Below, piece after piece: positions 27,898 through 32,000 of a stretch of 32,000 nucleotides of DNA. Where the stretch lies: contig NC_014972.1 in assembly GCF_000186885.1 (NCBI RefSeq), positions 120,001 through 152,000 on the forward strand. Direction: 5' to 3'. The notes below the pieces were generated by a model. That model made no database searches, was not told the origin of the DNA, and saw only the letters and a program-made list of their open reading frames with translations. The DNA comes from Desulfobulbus propionicus DSM 2032. Its GTDB lineage: Bacteria; Desulfobacterota; Desulfobulbia; Desulfobulbales; Desulfobulbaceae. The position numbers and the translations under genes were made by a program. Numbering within the stretch: the stretch's first letter is position 1; the number at the start of each line of letters is the position of its first letter.

Positions 27898-29790
27898 TTA
27901 GACGCCCACTTGTCCACCTGGGGTGGTCATTACTTCTCCTGCCATTCGGTTAGCGACTGCAGCAATCTCCGCTTCGGTAAGCCGATCAAGAGTCCAACCC
28001 TTTGCGAACTTTGCCGTCTCCGATTTAGGCAATTGGTCCTCTTCGAGATTTCGAATTCGAACTCGTGCGGGCATTGCAGCACCTTCGCCAACGAAGATAG
28101 CCTCCTGTTGAGCGAGATTCGGCAGTACTTTTGTCATGCCTGACAATCCATCTGGCAAGAAACGAGAGACGTGCTGTTGATCCGCTGCGTTTGTAAGCCG
28201 AAGAACGAGCCATGTGCCACATTGTGAAATCACTGTACTTTCTATATCGGCAGGGCGCTGACTCACGAGCATGAGGCCAATACCGTATTTCCGCCCTTCA
28301 CGAGCTATCCTTCGGATCGCGGTTTGAGCCGCTGCATACTCAGCCTCCCCTCTGTCGGGGACATATCGATGAGCCTCTTCACACACAAAGACGACTGGAT
28401 CGCGCCGTCTTTCCTCCGTTGTTTGGTAAACTTTATACTGAAACAACAGGCGAGCCAACATGGCAGCAAGTGGACCGGCGACTTCATTTGGAAGACCCGA
28501 AATATCCAAAATACGAATGTCTTGATCTACGCCTCCCTCACCTTGGATCTGTCCGACCAACTGGGCGATAATATGCTCAAGTGAATGGCTCTGTTCGTTC
28601 CACTCCTTCATCATAAACTGAATCCGCGGATCACGACGGAGCATTGATAGTTTGTCTAAAATCGATTTGAAGTCCTTTGCAAAATCACCAGGAGGAACCT
28701 TTTCTGTGTTCTGAGTATTTTTCTTCATTCGAGCTGCTTGAAGGAATTCAATGTGATTTTTGAGTTCTTCCAAACTAAAACAGCGCGGCTTATCTCGATC
28801 AAATTCGATCAGTTGTTCTATGCTGACACCAGCTTTCGGACGAGGAGTATCGGGATCACCGCCATCTGCTGGAATGGGCACGTCGTAGGTGGTCGGAGCG
28901 GGATCAACCAAATCGAATGCCACCATCCGTGCATGGGTCAACGCTTTGTAAATTACGTTGTTCTGTGAAGTTGCCTCATGCTCGGTTTTACCGATTACAA
29001 GCCGTCTGAACTCGTCAGCCGACATGAGCCAATAGGGAAGGCTTATCGGAGTTCCAGTCGTCTCTTCGTTTCCAAGCGGGTCGTAAGCACGATAAATGAT
29101 CGCACGTTTCTTGAATGCGTGGCCGTATTCCCCATGCGGATCAATTATTAGAATTCTCGGGTGGCAGACTGCATCCGGTACAGGGGTGTGCTCCAGCATG
29201 CTGTGAAGCAAAGCGGCAACCGCACCAGACTTTCCCGAACCTGTTGAACCGAGCACCGCGCAATGCATGCCCAGCATTTTATCCACGTTTGCCCGACAGA
29301 GTGCATTGTCTGCTCCAACGTAATGAGCAAATGGAACGAGCGGACTATATTCTCCGTGATTCTGTTGCCCTTCAGCAGCCGAATATATCTGAGTAGTCTC
29401 CTCGCGAGTAAGCAGATGCACACTTTGACGGGGTAGCGGGTAGGTCGTCACACCTCGAACGAACCGGAGCTTTTGGTCTGCTACATTCCATATACCTTCC
29501 GCAAACAATTCGACTTCCATTAACCGTTGATCGGCATCTGGTGGAATAGGCTTTGTAATCTCAAGGAGATCCTCAGACCTCATTCTTAGTAGCGTCACGA
29601 AACCGAAGACCAAGCGCCTTCCAAAATGAACTTTTACGATGCTACCGATCTGACCGATGGGATAAACTCTCCCCTCAAAGGTTCGAGTGAGCTCCGTGAC
29701 ATCTCCTGATAACTCTACCCGAATGGTAGTTCCGGACACTTCGACGATGTGCCCAATCTTCAGGTCCGGAATAAGTTCAAACGTATTCAT
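27898..29790 (-). CDS. HerA-like (HAS-barrel/FtsK-HerA superfamily) ATPase
   Basis: N-terminal HAS-barrel-like IGHIVEVSGTTIRVEL..., Walker A GSTGSGKSGAVAALL, ILIIDPHGEY, Walker B VVFVCEEAHRYVPDRG, RIAREGRKYGIGLMLVSQRPADIESTVISQCGTWLVLRLTN. Start at 29790 gives an ATGA overlap with the upstream stop. Confidence 0.95.
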   Translation of the reverse strand: MNTFELIPDLKIGHIVEVSGTTIRVELSGDVTELTRTFEGRVYPIGQIGSIVKVHFGRRLVFGFVTLLRMRSEDLLEITKPIPPDADQRLMEVELFAEGIWNVADQKLRFVRGVTTYPLPRQSVHLLTREETTQIYSAAEGQQNHGEYSPLVPFAHYVGADNALCRANVDKMLGMHCAVLGSTGSGKSGAVAALLHSMLEHTPVPDAVCHPRILIIDPHGEYGHAFKKRAIIYRAYDPLGNEETTGTPISLPYWLMSADEFRRLVIGKTEHEATSQNNVIYKALTHARMVAFDLVDPAPTTYDVPIPADGGDPDTPRPKAGVSIEQLIEFDRDKPRCFSLEELKNHIEFLQAARMKKNTQNTEKVPPGDFAKDFKSILDKLSMLRRDPRIQFMMKEWNEQSHSLEHIIAQLVGQIQGEGGVDQDIRILDISGLPNEVAGPLAAMLARLLFQYKVYQTTEERRRDPVVFVCEEAHRYVPDRGEAEYAAAQTAIRRIAREGRKYGIGLMLVSQRPADIESTVISQCGTWLVLRLTNAADQQHVSRFLPDGLSGMTKVLPNLAQQEAIFVGEGAAMPARVRIRNLEEDQLPKSETAKFAKGWTLDRLTEAEIAAVANRMAGEVMTTPGGQVGV

Positions 29791-30965
29791 AGCGCACACG
29801 CTTCCGCTCCACAGTTTAGCATTTTGGTCACGCCAGAAAACGTCCACCAATCTCGTTTTGATCCAGAAACCGGAGGTGCTTGAGGTCCGTCTGCACCAAC
29901 ATACACGCCATCCTCCGAGATGACATAGACACGTTTACCCCACGGACCGGTCCTCCACCTTTCGAGATTCGGATTGAGTTTCTGAGTAAAGGAGAGAACC
30001 GTTGTTTTGTTCTCCGGACGTTGAAGCGTCAATTCAATTTCCTGGTTTATGTGCTCGTCCCCGAAGCTGTATCCACATGTTGCGAGAACATTTTCCTCCC
30101 GTGCCCCAAGTGAACGCCGGAATAGATCAAATTGGGCTGCAAATGGATCCCTCTGAGTCGCGAGGTATTTTGTGGATTGCGGGTAAATTAGAACCCGAGA
30201 AACCTTCTTTGGATAGAGATCTCCGTCGCGGACGCGCCAGACTCGGTCATCTTCTCCTAAGTGCCAGTCGATCGACCCGTGAAGTTTGATTACATGCGCA
30301 CGATCTCTGAGATTTGGCTCTTCGTCGCCGTAACGATGGCTGCGATATGCGACCGCGCCGCCAGAGAAGCCGTCCCAATACGAGAAGCCTCCAAGTGAAA
30401 GGGCGTCTTCGAGGAGAGTGTCATAGTTGGTGGTAAATAATCGGACCGCTCTCCGTCGTTCTGCGATTCCAGCTTGGCTTCTATTGAAGAGGGCAGAGAC
30501 GAATGCTAAATGGTCATCGATAACGACAATACGGTGCCTATCCGTCCCTATTTCCTCAGAAATTCCCCCAGGCTGAGCAGGTTTGTAACCCCATCGAATG
30601 GTCTCAGCAATCCATGTCAGAATTCTTTGGTGAAGACCATCAAGGTCATCCAATGATAGAGAAATAGCGTCGAAGGCGACCTTCTTGTCCTTTGAGCGGT
30701 CGGCGATCGCGCGGTGATCTCCGAGCTGACTCAAGATGTGCTCGATATGCGAATCGTCAGGAAGCTGGCTCTTTACGAACTCGAGAACTTTGATGTCATT
30801 CGGTTCCCCCTCGTCTTTTGCCCTCGTGAATACCCGATCGGTCAGCGGCCACATCAAAGGAATTCCAGCACCGAGGCTGATTCCTGCACCGAACAGCCAC
30901 GATTGATTACTTGCTGCCAAGAGATTGTCGAGCTGGGATAGAGTGTCCTTTGTTACTGGGTCCAT
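29787..30965 (-). CDS. SIR2-family domain protein (predicted NADase effector)
   Basis: SWLFGAGISLGAGIP (GAGIS NAD-binding motif), RLFTTNYDTLLEDAL (TTNYD), HVIKLHGSIDWHL (LHGS...), ENVLATCGYSFGDEHINQEI. AAGGAG upstream of ATG 30965. Confidence 0.92.
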   Translation of the reverse strand: MDPVTKDTLSQLDNLLAASNQSWLFGAGISLGAGIPLMWPLTDRVFTRAKDEGEPNDIKVLEFVKSQLPDDSHIEHILSQLGDHRAIADRSKDKKVAFDAISLSLDDLDGLHQRILTWIAETIRWGYKPAQPGGISEEIGTDRHRIVVIDDHLAFVSALFNRSQAGIAERRRAVRLFTTNYDTLLEDALSLGGFSYWDGFSGGAVAYRSHRYGDEEPNLRDRAHVIKLHGSIDWHLGEDDRVWRVRDGDLYPKKVSRVLIYPQSTKYLATQRDPFAAQFDLFRRSLGAREENVLATCGYSFGDEHINQEIELTLQRPENKTTVLSFTQKLNPNLERWRTGPWGKRVYVISEDGVYVGADGPQAPPVSGSKRDWWTFSGVTKMLNCGAEACAL

Positions 30966-31081
30966 GTGCTTTGAATCTCCTTTTTTGTTGCAGCAGAACA
31001 AATTATTGTCCGGTTTCCAGCTATCATTCAGCTTTTCTGGATTATCCGTTCGTGATTGATGGATTTTGGGTTTGGCCTAAC

Positions 31082-31320
31082 TGGACACCGGCGGCACTCT
31101 CGGTGAGCTGCCGCTTCCAGGTCGTGATCTGGGTCGGATGGACCTCGTAGTGCTGCGCCAATTCGCCGAGAGTCTTCTCACCGACAATGGCTTCCAGAGC
31201 CACCTTCGCCTTGAAGGCCGCTGAATGGTTCCGTCTCGTTCCTTTTGCCATGTTCTGCTCCTTATTGTGCCCTTCACAGGGCGTTACGGGTAGCAGATTT
31301 TCCACTTAACGGCTTGTCCA
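31082..31320 (-). mobile_element. IS3-family insertion sequence remnant containing truncated orfA
   Basis: Product MAKGTRRNHSAAFKAKVALEAIVGEKTLGELAQHYEVHPTQITTWKRQLTESAAGV (start 31251) is a typical IS3-family OrfA HTH, truncated at 'AAGV'. Candidate terminal inverted repeats TGGACA (31082-31087) / TGTCCA (31315-31320). No orfB. Confidence 0.7.
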
Positions 31321-31999
31321 ATTTTCCGCAGCCACCTCTCAGGCGCAGCGCATTCATAATGACGCTGACCGAGGATAGAGACATGGCCGCCGCGGCAAAA
31401 ATCGGGCTCAGGAGTATTCCGAAAAACGGGTACAAAAGACCTGCCGCGACAGGAACACCGACCGAGTTGTACACGAAGGCGAAAAACAGGTTCTGCCGGA
31501 TATTGCGCATCGTTGCGAGAGAAAGCTGCCGCGCTTCCACAAGACCCATTAGGTCCCCTCGCAACAGCGTGATACCGGCACTTTCGATGGCGACATCGGT
31601 CCCCGTACCCATGGCCACGCCCACATCCGCCGTGGCCAGAGCCGGAGCATCGTTGACCCCGTCACCGGCCATGACCACCACGCGCCCCTCGTCCTTCAGG
31701 CGCTGAACAACCTTTCCTTTGTCTTCGGGCAAGACTTCCGCTTCAACGGCATCAATAGGCAGTTTGCGGGCAACCGCTTCCGCCGAAGTGCGGTTGTCGC
31801 CGGTGAGCATGACCACCCGGATGCCCTCTTTTTGCAGGGCGGCAAGGGCCGCTTCCGTGGTTGCCTTGACCGGATCGGCAATGGCAAGCAGGCCGCAGAC
31901 CTTGCCGTTCACTGCGGCAAAGATCACCGTGGCCCCGTCCCTTCGCAGTTCGTCGGCCGCATCCGCAAAGTCTGCCGTCTCGACTCCTTCCGCTTCCAT
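31274..31999 (-). CDS. P1B-type heavy-metal-translocating ATPase, C-terminal part (start lies outside the window)
   Basis: [50 protein letters not shown] and [26 protein letters not shown]...[14 protein letters not shown]. Confidence 0.93.
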   Translation of the reverse strand: MEAEGVETADFADAADELRRDGATVIFAAVNGKVCGLLAIADPVKATTEAALAALQKEGIRVVMLTGDNRTSAEAVARKLPIDAVEAEVLPEDKGKVVQRLKDEGRVVVMAGDGVNDAPALATADVGVAMGTGTDVAIESAGITLLRGDLMGLVEARQLSLATMRNIRQNLFFAFVYNSVGVPVAAGLLYPFFGILLSPIFAAAAMSLSSVSVIMNALRLRGGCGKLDKPLSGKSATRNAL

Positions 32000-32000
32000 C

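Noticed and set aside
1-32000. Search for CRISPR arrays, tRNA/rRNA genes and reverse transcriptase/retron-like loci
   Set aside because: No regularly spaced repeats, tRNA-like cloverleaf with CCA context, or RT motifs (YADD-type) were seen. A tool run (CRISPRCasFinder, tRNAscan-SE, Infernal) would be needed to exclude cryptic cases.

Overview
The window reads as chromosomal DNA from a GC-rich bacterium, plausibly deltaproteobacterial (taxon is a low-confidence inference). It has three parts. (1) About 1-20 kb is dominated by signal transduction: REC-GGDEF, stand-alone REC proteins, a degenerate kinase-like ORF, an SBP/sensor-kinase pair, a sigma54 NtrC-type regulator, and a four-gene operon with 4-bp stop/start overlaps (PhnD-like SBP, two histidine kinases, PAS-GGDEF-EAL-REC). 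(2) About 20.7-25.7 kb is a co-directional, GC-rich DNA-metabolism/anti-restriction module typical of plasmids, ICEs or phages: Rad52-like annealing protein, PD-(D/E)XK/YqaJ-like nuclease, SSB, two small unknowns, RadC-like JAB protein and ArdC-like protein. Its leaders repeatedly contain hairpins that bury the Shine-Dalgarno, and the module ends at a strong intrinsic terminator. (3) About 25.7-31.0 kb is a lower-GC, opposite-strand defence-like island: SIR2-domain protein, HerA-type ATPase and a DUF4263 (Shedu-like) nuclease. It is bordered by an IS3-family orfA remnant and the 3' end of a P1B-type ATPase gene. The main candidates for follow-up are the SIR2-HerA-DUF4263 arrangement and the recurring RBS-occluding leaders. 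Family assignments come from motif recognition only; no database search was run.
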